A stretch of DNA of 64,000 nt from Selaginella moellendorffii (lineage: Eukaryota; Plantae; Lycopodiophyta), in contig NW_003314273.1 of NCBI RefSeq assembly GCF_000143415.4, positions 1-64,000 of the forward strand. The letters run 5' to 3'. Position 1 is the stretch's first letter. Each line of letters opens with the position of its first letter. Positions 36,700 to 48,639 of this stretch are shown piece by piece. The translations under genes were made by a program, and so were the position numbers. The notes below the pieces were generated by a model. That model was given only the letters and a program-made list of their open reading frames with translations, did no database searches and was not told the DNA's origin.

Positions 36700-37194
36700 T
36701 TTCACCTCTTTGGGGCTCTTTTATACCAGTCCGCCACCTTTTCCGATGAGCCTTTTGCGGGCACCGTACCACCGTACAGCCCTGTCCGAACCGGCAGCAT
36801 GGCACCAAGCTCGCTCCTCCACACCCCTTGCAAGCCGTCTCTCCGCCCGCTTGGATCATGCAAGAGCTTGCGAAGGTGGCCCTTGTTTTTCAATTCGTTC
36901 ACGCCACCAATGTACCTGAGGAAGAGAACAAACGAGGACGGACTGTGATGGAGAAGCTTATATAGTTTCGAGATCGTGGGGGTGGGGACGTACCTTCCAT
37001 CGATTCGACTGTAGCCATCGCCCAACTCCGGCTCCATCGTGGAGACTCCTTTGTTCTCGAACGCAATGCTGTGGATCGCTGTGGTGTTGCTGCATTCCTT
37101 GTCGTGTGGTTTGAACTGGAGCGTGAGTCTGTCCCTGGATCGTCGAGCTCGGGACCTCCGAGATCCAGTCTTCGTTTCGAATATTCTCCATCAT
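36700..37194 (-). pseudogene. Glutaredoxin-like, cysteine-rich C-terminus (GRXCR-type) gene remnant
   Basis: RYIGGVNELKNKGHLRKLL, then in another frame CKGCGGASLVPC...VVRCP. Confidence 0.65.
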
Positions 37195-37234
37195 GGACTC
37201 GAAAGTAGAGAGGAGATCACTTGGCGGCGTTGTC

Positions 37235-37575
37235 TCTGAACCTCAGCTCCAATTCTCCATCTCCCAGATTTTCAAGAAATTCATCTTCAAAACAGATGCT
37301 TCTGATGCTGGAGTGGGAGCTATCTTGAAGCAAGTGCATGGATTAATAGCTTTTGAGAGCTGGAATTTCTCGGAGGTGGAGTCTTGCCAACCAGCAAATG
37401 GACAAGAGATGCTGGGAATTATCCATGCAGTGACAAAGTGGAGGCACTACCTGAGAGTCATTCTCTGAATGGATCATTTTAGTTTCTCCTCAAGCCAACA
37501 AGAAGCGAAGGAGGTCGATAGAGCAGCTGCAATCACTCGACTTTACTATTGAATATAAGCCGGGAAAACATTCTT
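37235..37575 (+). mobile_element. Ty3/gypsy RNase H fragment
   Basis: TDASDAGVGAILKQ...EMLGIIHAVTKWRHYL. Confidence 0.8.
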
Positions 37576-37855
37576 GACAGCGCATCCAGATAGCCACGCG
37601 GTGATGATTGTTTTTAGGTTATTCAACATTAATCAAGATTCTGTAAAATTAAAATTAAAATTAGAGTTAAATATATATACTAATATTGACCACCATAGCT
37701 TTGAAAAACACATCTGCCCGTTCAAGTTCCTCGGCACCAAAAAGCCCAGTGTAATTCGTTTCACCTGCAACCGAGTGAGTCACAAAAGCAGTTCACCTTA
37801 CCATCTTTAAACATGACGCACAGGTACAGTACGCCACCTCAAAATATGAGTTAAG

Positions 37856-38990
37856 TTAGTCGTTTGCAAGGGTGATCCTTACTATCCGCAACCTTTCGTC
37901 GACCCCGTGACAAGAGAACGCCTGGATGATCTGCTGGCTATTTTCATCAGAGCCCGGATAGTGGGCAAAAGCAAAGAGCCGATTCACTATGTCCCTGAGT
38001 ATCTCGAACGTCGACTCATGGCCTTCCTTTTCCACCGGCCACTTGTGTTTCACAACATCCTTGGGTATGGTCAGCAACTAGATTGACAATAAGAGAATAA
38101 GTCGCCTTGTCAAAGGAAAAGAAGGCAGAAACCTGAAGCGGGGTCATACAGTGTCAAACTAAACACAAACCCACCTTTCCCACAGATATTGGGCTCTGCT
38201 TCCTAATTCGTCGTCTCCAAGACAGTCGAACTCGTAGAATCTGAATATCAACTGCAGAAAGACAAAGAGAAGCAACAGAACTTGGTTATAAAACACACCT
38301 TAACGAGCTTCAACGTAGAATCATAGCGCTGACTTGTATAAACAAGGCGATCACGATTTGTCGCCAACTCGATATTGTCAAAAGCTCCACGGATCAGCCG
38401 GGTCGCGTCGATGGCCATGAGCGCTCCTGCTATTTCAAACGCCTCCTGCAAGTCCAAGCCCATGCAGGATAGCGCCACTCCGTCCTTAGCATCCATAGAC
38501 ACTACAAACAAGATGGTTACGGAAAGCAAGAATGAATGAACTGGCCTCACTAAGAAAATCTCTCCCGCGATACACAAGTGCAGAGCAATCATCTGGCACT
38601 TCATCAAAAGAGACTGTATAAAAGAATCAGAAACCTGGATGGAACCGACACAGCAGTTATGATTACCCATCGACCAATAACTGTTCACAGCCTGATTAAG
38701 GTTGCCGCTTCACCTGCGATGTGATTGTCAGTCCTCGAGAATAACAGCTGCATGCAAGCTTACCAACAGCATGAACATATAGGTGCAAACACACAAATGG
38801 CTATGTTGCACAAATGAGAAAGGAGGAGCTACCAGATGCAGGTCAAGAACTTCGTTCTTGGAGCGCGAATCGAAGAGCTCCAAAGTGTCAAGCATCTTAT
38901 AAGAGATAATCACTGACGACTGCTCCAAAACAACAAAAGAATCTCTATCTAGCTAACGTACCGTGACCAAGCAGCGTCCGGAAAACTCTA
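37856..38990 (-). CDS. Uncharacterised multi-exon gene or pseudogene
   Basis: Short open segments separated by GT-AG intron-like spacers (e.g. LIFRFYEFDCLGDDELGSRAQYLWE; last exon ...RIVRITLAND*). No family recognised. Confidence 0.4.
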
Positions 38991-40798
38991 CAGCTTGCGT
39001 CGTAGGCTTTGCCACTGAAAGCTTCTTCAAAGCACTGCAGCAAAACCAAAGTCAGCCAGCTCCTCTCCACTTGCGAAGCCTACTGGGATAACCAAACTGG
39101 GTTCCACATCCCTCAGCTTGATCACCCCCAATCTCTTGCCGAACTCTACTCCGCTACTTTCAAACATCTGAGCGAAACCCCAATGGAAGAAAAGGTTTAT
39201 TATTGAAGAGCATACATTAAGGGATACGCGAAGGATTTCAGAAGTACGTCTGGGATTCAAGCCGTGGGTGGAGGCCAAAATGTGGGAAAGGACCTTCGAA
39301 TGGAGCATAACTCCCACTCTGTTGGAACCTCTGTCAGGCTTGGCAAGATTGTCAATGGCTGAACAGGACGAGCAAACCAACCTCCACGTCATGCTGTGAA
39401 GAATCTGTTACATGCATTGAGGACTTGTTTAGTGAGAATGTAACTAAAAAAATCAATTTAAATTTCATCCACCCAAAAAGTAAACTGGACTTCCAAAGTA
39501 AACTGGTGAGGCCAGTTCATTCAGTGCAAGGTAAAAGAAGTGCACAATATGCTCATGTTCGAAGCTTTCAAGTGTTGGAAGCTTTGAAGGATCTCAAGGA
39601 GGAACATGGCAGCAAGATCTTCTGGCAATTCATCCTCTAACTAATGACTCAGGATACATGAAAAAAACGTCATCCCCACAGGCTTATTAACCAAACCTTT
39701 TTCAGCTACTATGAGATGGCGCCAATGGACAGCAGCAGTAAGGATCACGACACTGAGAGGATGCCTGTGGACAGCAGCAACAAGAATGACAACCTTGCAT
39801 GGGCATCCATTCCCATATATTGGGATGACAAGCAACTTACCCATCTACGCTGATTTCATGGCTATGATATCTATTTTGGTTTTAGTTGTGGACAGAACAC
39901 AAACTTTGGCCAGGTTGGATGGTGGTAGCCACTTCCTAATTATGTGCTAAATAATTTTCCAAAAAAAAAATTGTATTATAAAATTTTGCAAATGGTAATA
40001 TTTCAAATTTTACTTTCTCATATAAAAATCATTTTATATTATTTAAGTTTTTCTGTTATTCCATGAATTTATTTCTCCTTATATTTTTATAAAAAAAAGA
40101 TATAATATCAAACTATAAGGCTTATAAATATATGTTTCTATTGTTTATTCTTCATCTGCAGTATTTCCTAGTGCATAATCATTTATAACTTACATAATTC
40201 TTATCTCAATTTAGTGTTGAGTTGAGTGTTCTTTTTTTCTTCCTTATACTAATTTAGATGTTGAGCATGTGCATGAAGTTGAGAATATTTCTTTTGTTTC
40301 ATTGGTAGAATTTTTAATCAATTCTAGTGTTCAATATTCCCATGTTAAATCACTTTAACTAAAGTTTTAAATTGAGTGCATGTCCCCACATAGGAGTCCC
40401 ATGAAGAGCCTTTATTTTACTATTACTGCTAATGATTTTATATATTCCTTTAAGAGTGTGGATATTTCTGTTGATTTTTTAATCTTAAATATTGAGTTAT
40501 ATGTTGAGGAGGTTAAATAATGTGAATTTTTTGCTTATATTGTGGTAACTAAAGTATTTTATGACATCTTATTTTCTAAACTTTGAGAATATATCCTTTT
40601 TTTTATTTCCCTATTTCCACATTGCCAACTACTGAAAATTTCTCTTTCAATGCTTTTTTATCTATTTTTTTTCTTCTATAATGGTTTTTCTAATTTTTCT
40701 CTCTTTTTCATTTTTGCCCGCGATTTTTCAAACTTTTTTTCCTTCAAAGAGGGTAGAGAGGACAAATGGGAGTCCAACCCCAACAATAGAGGCAACTT

Positions 40799-40804
40799 TA
40801 TATA

Positions 40805-40842
<38 letters not shown>

Positions 40843-40938
40843 CATATATATATACATATATATACATATATATATACATATATATATACATATACATATA
40901 CATATATATACATATACATATACATATATATACATATA
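40799..40938. repeat. (TA)n/(TATACA)n microsatellite
   Basis: Directly visible. Confidence 0.97.
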
Positions 40939-41386
40939 GGATCATTTGAAACACTTGGAGCTGGTGTTTCAGAAGTTGCACGAACATAAACTGTATGCTA
41001 AGGAAAGTAAATGCGCTTTTGGACAATTGCGCGTAAACTTTCTCGGACATATAGTTGGTGGTGGCGTGATTGAGGTCGATCCAAAGAAGGTGGAAGCAGT
41101 GAAGTCCTAGGAAGTTCTGACCACTGTATCAGATGTTCGATCCTTTCTCGGTTTAGCGGGATACTATCGCAAGTTTGTCCACAATTTTGCAAGGATTACT
41201 CTTCCGTTGACTGAGTTGACAAGGAGTAGTATTCCATTTCATTGGACACCAACTTGCCAGCGTGCTTTTGCACGGTTGAAGGAGATCTTGACTATAGTTC
41301 CTGTTCTTAGGATCCCAGATCTTGATAAACCCTTCGAAGTGCATTGTGATGCATCTGGCTATGCTATTGGTGCCGTGTGCAGCAAG
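40939..41386 (+). mobile_element. RT/RNase H fragment of family Y, running into the gap
   Basis: Close match to ~27506-27954. Confidence 0.9.
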
Positions 41387-41847
41387 NNNNNNNNNNNNNN
41401 NNNNNNNNNNNNNNNNNNNNNNNNNNNNNNNNNNNNNNNNNNNNNNNNNNNNNNNNNNNNNNNNNNNNNNNNNNNNNNNNNNNNNNNNNNNNNNNNNNNN
41501 NNNNNNNNNNNNNNNNNNNNNNNNNNNNNNNNNNNNNNNNNNNNNNNNNNNNNNNNNNNNNNNNNNNNNNNNNNNNNNNNNNNNNNNNNNNNNNNNNNNN
41601 NNNNNNNNNNNNNNNNNNNNNNNNNNNNNNNNNNNNNNNNNNNNNNNNNNNNNNNNNNNNNNNNNNNNNNNNNNNNNNNNNNNNNNNNNNNNNNNNNNNN
41701 NNNNNNNNNNNNNNNNNNNNNNNNNNNNNNNNNNNNNNNNNNNNNNNNNNNNNNNNNNNNNNNNNNNNNNNNNNNNNNNNNNNNNNNNNNNNNNNNNNNN
41801 NNNNNNNNNNNNNNNNNNNNNNNNNNNNNNNNNNNNNNNNNNNNNNN
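41387..41847. other. Assembly gap (N run)
   Basis: Ns. Confidence 1.
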
Positions 41848-42600
41848 CATAGCTTTGCTCTTGCTAGCACATTTGCAACTATTGTTGAATACTTCTTTCT
41901 TAATCAAGTGGTGTTTCAACATTCTTGTCTAAATTGAATTCTATTAGATAATGGTCCTGCATTTATGGCTAAGGCATGTTACATTTTCACGTCTTAATTA
42001 GGGATATGCCACACTTTCATGAGTGTTTATCATCCACAGTTAAACAATTTGTTGGAATGGCTCATTTGGACCTTCAAATGGATAATCATGAAATACGTAA
42101 ATTTTCAACATTCAGATTAAGATGGTTATTTGCCATCTTTTCGGTGAATTGGGTTTACCTTTATGATTGCCAAGTTGCCAATGCTAAGTTGTAACATTAA
42201 TATTTGATGAGCATTTTTCCACTTGTCCAAACTAAGTCTGCCAAAAATCTAAACTATGTATAAGTGGGACAATAACAGCTCTACAACTCTTATTATCGCC
42301 CACTTGTAAAGTACAAAGTGAATGTTTATTTCCCTAATTTTACAGTACATAATTTATTTAATGATCTTTTTGCTTAGTGGAAAGGATTGTATCAAGTGTT
42401 GTGGCAAATGGGACCACAAATTTATGAGGTTCAATATGATGTTTAACAGGCTGATCCTTTAGAAATTATGTATGTACATTAGTTGAAATACTTTATACAA
42501 AGGGATTAAGAACAATTGACATCACCTACAAATTTATCAATGCCTACTTTTAATGTTTTTTTAGATTGTGGCCCATCCACGAAAGAATCTATTTTATATC
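41848..42600 (+). mobile_element. Degenerate integrase-region fragment related to element X
   Basis: Reverse-complement similarity to ~12000-12750 (e.g. tttatgaggttcaatatga, caaagggattaagaacaattga). Confidence 0.7.
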
Positions 42601-42779
42601 ATTCTGAGAGTAAAGGATGCAATGCTATAGACTGATATTAGGATAGTGGAATTTTGGTAGCCATCGAATTGGTTTCAATCTAAATTATATATTCTTATAT
42701 ATAAACTAAAGTTTTTAGGCACATTTCTGTATTTCATTTCCATATTCTATGCAAAATGTGAAATTATAAAAGTACCATT

Positions 42780-44200
42780 TTAGGGTTCTAGCATTTTGAT
42801 TGTGGTGGCTAGTTTGGCCATGATTGGAAGCGGCAAATGTACGGTGATGTCCATGCTCCTCCCGCCCCTAGGGCTTGGATCGAAGAAGCAGAAGCCGTCC
42901 CATAGGAATCGTCCATGGCGCACCGCCACAGGTTTGCCCCATCCGAAATCCACCTCGTACAGAGGGTGCCGCAACGAGCTCCCAAAGAAGATGTCCACTC
43001 CATCGGTCAGCCCCTGCGCCATTGGATTTTTGTTGCGGTAGTTCTCGTGGTAGCTCTGGATTTGCGACCGGATCTCCTCCATTCCAAAGCTCCTGATGGA
43101 TTTCTTGAGCAGCCCGGCCGCCACCGCCTTGCTGCCGGGTGCCGTGAGCTCGCCGATGGTGGACACCGCCAATCCGGGGAGAACAACATTGCCGAAGTAT
43201 TCCTGTGGCACCGGCGGCACGATCTTTGGGCGGCAGTTGACGGCAATCTGGGCTCTCGTCGTCTGCGACTTTGGAAGATCTCGAGCACGGCAGAGCTCCA
43301 CCCAAAAGTGTGCCGCAACGGCCTCGTAGGTGGTAAAGCTCTCGTGTTCTCCGTTCTCTTGCTGGTCGGAGTTTCCTTCGAGCACGAGTGTTTTCATCTT
43401 CTCCACCTCGTCTTCGTCGAAGGAGAAGATCCTGGACTCCACTCCAGCTGTTGGATCCACGAAGGTGTACTGGAATGGAGCCGAATCATCAACTTTGGCT
43501 GCCAGATCTTTGTTCCTCCGCTCAAAGTAGCGGTCATGGACTGGAGGCTTGGAGATCGGCTTGCCGCTGCTTGCCTCGGCCCAGGAGGTGATGAAGTGCA
43601 TCATCGCGATCCCGTCAACTGCCAGGTGATCGAAGGACCAAGCAACTGACACAGCTCCACACTTGAACTTGGTCACCTGGGAGATCCACCAAGAACAGAT
43701 CAACCAAGAATACTTGAGAGCTGTGCCCAGGAAAAAGAAGGAAAACTCTACGGTACCTGAGCAGCGAAGAGTGGTGCTGTGCCGGTCATGGTGGTCTCTT
43801 CGTAGTTCCCACGCAGTATGAGCTTCTTAAACAGCGGTGAGTACTGAGAGGTGTCCAGCTCTTCCAGTGACGCATTGGCCTCGGCCACGCTCAGCTCGAC
43901 GCCATGGTCGTTGCAATCCAGCTCCGGCATGCCACCTCCTGAGAAACTTATCCTTCCGGCAAAGGGATAGAAGTCCACCAAAACTTTGGCGAGGCCCTCC
44001 TTCATGTTGCGGACGAGGAGATCTGCGCCTTTACCAGTGGATTCATAGAACGCTACTCTTTGAAGGTATGGCATGGAGTCCCTCTTTTGCATTAGATCGA
44101 ATGTTGTGAAGGGGAGCTGACACCTCTCTGTGGGATTTGCAGGCGAGACAAGATGTACCTCGGTGATTTTCACTTGAAAGTCGTCCATTTTCATCTTCAT
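42780..44200 (-). CDS. BAHD acyltransferase (exons 44200-43757, 43676-42780)
   Basis: FYPFAGR, HLAVDG (HxxxD), DFGWG, single intron at the conserved Q|VT position. Confidence 0.95.
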
Positions 44201-44377
44201 CCCGTCGAAGATCCAAGCCCGAACTCGCAGTGACAAGCAAAGCAGCACAGGGACTCCTAGAGGCTCGGGGATATTATATTCTAAACAGCACGCACGGATT
44301 GATTGGAGTCAAGTCATGTCACACAAGCAGACGAGACGATGGACTCTGGATATTAACACGTAAGGTGGTACACAGGA

Positions 44378-45716
44378 TTAATTCGTTTTGACTTTCTCAC
44401 TGAACTTCGCCATTGTTTCAGGAGGAAGGAACACCGTGACTTCAATGGCTTTCCCACCTCTTGGTGACGGGTCGTAGAAGCAGAAGCCGTTCCACAGCTT
44501 CGTAGCATGTCGAACAGCGGCTGGTTTCCCCCATCCAAAGTCCAGACTATACATTGGAAATCTTGGAGAGCTGCCACCCCAGGTATCCACACCATCTGTC
44601 ACGCCTTTGCTGAACGGGTTACTCCCTTTGGTGTCTTCGTTGTAGATGGCAATTGCGGAGCGGATCTCATCCTTCTTGAAACTCGTGATTGCCTCGTGGA
44701 CAACAGCTCCCGTGAATGGAAGGCCTCCAGTCACAAGTTCCCCGGCTGTGGACTCGGCCAACGCACAGAGCACACAGTTTCCAAAGTAGCCCGCCGGGAG
44801 AGGAGTGCTCAGCCGGCTTCTACAGTTGAGTGGAAGCTGATGGCTGGTTTTCTGAGACGCTGGAAGACCGCGAGCCTTGCAAAGTGCTATCCAGACCTGT
44901 GACGCCACGACCTCGAACGCTGAGAAACGACCCGACGCCAAGAACTTAAGCCTCTCGATAGTCTCGTCATCGAACTCGAAGATCTTGGCCTCCATGCCAG
45001 TGGAAACGTCCTCGAAGACACATGAAAGGGAACTGGTCGGGGTTATGCTGGAGAACTGCTCGTGCTGCTGCTCCAAAAACCGGTCGTGAGTTGGAGGCCT
45101 GGAGATGGGAAGGCCTCGACAGATCTCGGACCAGGAACACATGAATTGCCACTGCGAGCTGCCGTCCATGACGAGATGATCAAACGACCAAGCAACACAC
45201 ACCCCTCCGCAGCGAAACTCAGTCACCTGTTCTTCACGAGATCAAACGCGAGAAAAAAGTCTTTTGCGGGATCTTTACCTGGATAGTGATGAAAGGTATG
45301 TTGGTCGACAAGCCACTAAACTCATAGTTTCCTCTTTTGATCAGCTTGGAGAACCACGGCCGGGGCTGGGAGTAATCGAGCTCTTCCAGGGAGATGTTTG
45401 CATCAGCGACGCAGAACTCAACGCCGGTTCCGCTGCAAGAGATCATAGGTCTGTCTCCCTCGTTTTGGATCTCTAGCCTTCCAGCTAAGGGATAGAAGGC
45501 CAAGCACGCCTTCATCCTCTCAATCAAGCTCTCGTTACTGCTACTGCTACCGCCTTTGGATTCGAAGAAGCAAACGCGCTGGAGGTAAGGCATGCTGCTT
45601 CTCTTTTGCATTATGTCGAAAGCCGTGAATGGAAGCTTGGAGCAATGACCATCTTCCAGTTTCTTCTCGGGAGAGATCATTGAGACTTGGCGCTCTTGCA
45701 CTTCAAAGCTCGCCAT
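44378..45716 (-). CDS. BAHD acyltransferase, tandem paralogue (exons 45716-45279, 45226-44378)
   Basis: FYPLAGR, HLVMDG, DFGWG, Q|VT intron. Confidence 0.93.
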
Positions 45717-46228
45717 GGCCGGAAGTGCGGGACTAGAGAGAGAAGAACAGCACTAGTTTATGTCCCATCGTGTCACAAGTCCTCGAAGGAAACGTCAAGC
45801 TTTTGGCATCTTCTAGGATATGTCTTACTCTGAGAATTTGCCATCAATACATATATATATACTCTGGGATTTGAAAACGAACCACCCCAACATTTACCGG
45901 TAATGAATGATCACCTCAAAGCAATACAAGCAGTGCATTCCAATGTGCAACAACGCTTAGAAGGTGTGATAGTATATTCTAGTGTGTGATTTTATTAGTT
46001 TTTTCTAGACTTGCAAGTATACGTTGCTGCATTGAGAATGCTCTCTAAGGCAAAAAGTTTGCTTCTTTCTTCTCTTGTTTAAGACTTAACTCGTGGAAGT
46101 TATAGGAAGTCATGGTCAAAGCGACGACCTCGTGGAGAAGGCTGCCATTCACAACTCTAGGTATATTTCTTAAAAATTAGCTGCTCCTATGCCTGGATGA
46201 GGCGAAGCGTCCGGCACTCCAATCTCTC

Positions 46229-47566
46229 TTAAAGCTCAAACTCTGTCAGGAAAACAAAAGAAATACTCAAACTTAATTCCCTGATATCCTTACCTTTCAG
46301 AGGATGAGCTCTCGCCCAATCGTCGCAAACAGTTATCAAACCAGCAATGTCCACACACCCGACGTAAACGACGGCTTTGCGGTGCCTGAGCCCAGCCTCG
46401 AGAGCTGAAGACAAAAAGAAACAACAGTTAGACAGTATCAATCCTCCGCCAAGAATATCCAAACCTTTCCCGAAGTCGGGATCCTCCTCGACTCGTCTTT
46501 GGAACTTGTCGCGGATGGCAGTCTGATCGAGCCTCCTCTCTCCCTTCTTCTTCTTCTTCCTCTTCTTCGTCGATCGAGTATCACGAGCCGGGATCGCCTC
46601 GAATTCCACCACCACTCCGCCAAGACTTCCTTCATCGTCAAGGACAGGGGCACCAACCTCCACCGTGCTCTCCACCGGAAGCATCACCATGCGGTAAGGC
46701 ACGCACTCACCAGTTGTGAGGGTTCGATCCTCAAGGAAGATGCCCGCCACGCACTTGATGTCCCCGGACTCTGGGTCGCGCTTCCAGCTGTAGGCATCCC
46801 CCGACTTGGCAACCCAGTCAGTCCAGTTGATGCAATAGTTGAAGCTGACGGGTTTGGTCGGCGTCAGGATGGCGAGCTGTTCGATCTCTTCCTCGTAAGT
46901 CACCACGCACTCGTACTCCAGTGGTGGATCCGGAAACACCAGGACGTGCTTGCCGGAGGTGGAGCTGCGGTCGCAGCACACGGCGGCGGTGAAGCAAGAG
47001 CCATCGGGCTTCACCAAGGCGGCCAGGCCCCTGTAGTTGTCATCGCTCGGCTCGTCGTCACCCTCCACAAAGTGCAGGCGAGGCACCATCTTGGAGACCC
47101 TGGACTGCAACACGCTGCGAACTTGCTCTGGCTTCATGCCCTCTGGCTCCAGCTCCTTGACGTACGACCACAGGCCCGCGACGCTGCTCTTGCACGCCTT
47201 GTACCACCTCGACTCTGCGGCCTCTCTCCTTTGCTTCTTCCTTGCCACCAGATCCTTCTCGTCTCGCTGCCGGATGAGATCCTGGACGGCAGGGTGCACG
47301 TAAGTAGCGGCAGAGCAGCGGCGGCCGGTGATGAGGAGCGCTTGCTCCCGGCTACTACCGTCACCCTGGTCCTGCATCATCGCGGCGATGTCGTCCAGGG
47401 AGAGCATCGAGTTGCCGTCGGGGCCTGGGACTAGAGCGCAGTCGCCGATGCGGAGGGAGTCCGGGTCCAGGCCCCAGTGGCGAGCGATGGCACCCACCAT
47501 GAGTTTGGAGCCATCCAAAGGGAATCGCAGCGCCTCGTCGTCCCGCTTCACCCACACCACCGCCAT
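46229..47566 (-). CDS. Uncharacterised header-domain plus inactive trypsin-fold protein, copy 2 (apparently intact)
   Basis: 445-aa ORF with GLAALVKPDGSCFTAAVC, EQLAILT and EVGAPVLDDEGSLGGVV. Predicted introns 46405-46464 and 46243-46293. Confidence 0.8.
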   Translation of the reverse strand: MAVVWVKRDDEALRFPLDGSKLMVGAIARHWGLDPDSLRIGDCALVPGPDGNSMLSLDDIAAMMQDQGDGSSREQALLITGRRCSAATYVHPAVQDLIRQRDEKDLVARKKQRREAAESRWYKACKSSVAGLWSYVKELEPEGMKPEQVRSVLQSRVSKMVPRLHFVEGDDEPSDDNYRGLAALVKPDGSCFTAAVCCDRSSTSGKHVLVFPDPPLEYECVVTYEEEIEQLAILTPTKPVSFNYCINWTDWVAKSGDAYSWKRDPESGDIKCVAGIFLEDRTLTTGECVPYRMVMLPVESTVEVGAPVLDDEGSLGGVVVEFEAIPARDTRSTKKRKKKKKGERRLDQTAIRDKFQRRVEEDPDFGKGLDILGGGLILSNCCFFLSSALEAGLRHRKAVVYVGCVDIAGLITVCDDWARAHPLKGKDIRELSLSISFVFLTEFEL

Positions 47567-48639
47567 AGCTCGCTTAGATCAGGAACCCTAAATCTGCTCG
47601 ATATGAAGCGATCTGGGAATGGGAAAGAGAAGATTTCATTGATATGTTTTGTCGCCATCACTCCAACCGAGCAAAACGTCGAGAAGAACCACAGTGTCCA
47701 TTACCATGCATGTCAAAGTTTCGTGAAAGTCCATTACCATCCAAGGTTTGTTGAGAGGTAATTTTGCTTCTCCTGTCTTCTGTATGGACTACATTGGCAA
47801 TCTTTTTTAAAATGACATTTCTAAATTTTATGTTTCATGGTGGGCATATATAAATGAATGAATGATTAAAAAAATTATTCAATGTTCTCTTTAATGTATA
47901 CAACTGTGGAAGATGGACCAGGAGCTTAAGTAGGCTCAAAAAGAGCAATCACTTGTATAATTCATCATTGGGACAAAAACTTTATTAGGGGGAAAAATTG
48001 TTAAGTCTTAATCTAAACCCTAAACCATATGGTCAACATTGGTCAAAAGAAAGCTTATAGGCATATAAAAGCATGTTAGGGTAAGGAATTTAAAATGAGT
48101 GGTGAGGCAATTGAGTTTTTTAAGGTAGTTTGGAGTGAGGAACATTAAAAGGAAATATAGTGTAATTTAAGAAAAATAATCTTTATTTTGGGACATTTAA
48201 CCCTAAGTGGGTGATTTTCCTTTTATATTTAAACTTTATAATCATTTTTCAATTCATTTTCTTTAGTTGTTTATAATTCACCATGTTTCCTTACAAATTC
48301 ACACCCTCATGAACGGAAGTTAAAAGTCATAACTCTTTCAAAAACTTTGCTTTATTGACATCCTAAAAGCACACTAAACTTGCTAAATATCAATTAACAT
48401 ATAATGTAATTCTTTCAGCTAACTAACAAAGTCAGATCTTGAAACCCCTTTTGATACCATCTACCTGACATAACTCAAAAGTATATTAAGGCATATTAGA
48501 GTAAAGAACTTAAAATTACCTTAGGGCTCACAATTGAGCGGCAGGACAATGAAACTTTTCAAAAGTAAACTAGATCTTTATCTTTTTACACCAGATCATA
48601 ACAAATATAAATTTTGATTTAAAATTGTATTATAATCAT

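Noticed and set aside
38370-38440. Ribosome-inactivating protein motif (AIDATRL vs EAARF)
   Set aside because: Catalytic Glu absent and flanking exons do not fit.
40650-41050. YI-repeat ORFs
   Set aside because: Translation of a (TA)n microsatellite.
41207-41937. ORFs spanning poly-X
   Set aside because: Artefacts of the N gap.
42796-47591. Long antisense ORFs over BAHD and trypsin-fold genes
   Set aside because: Shadow ORFs of GC-rich coding sequence.
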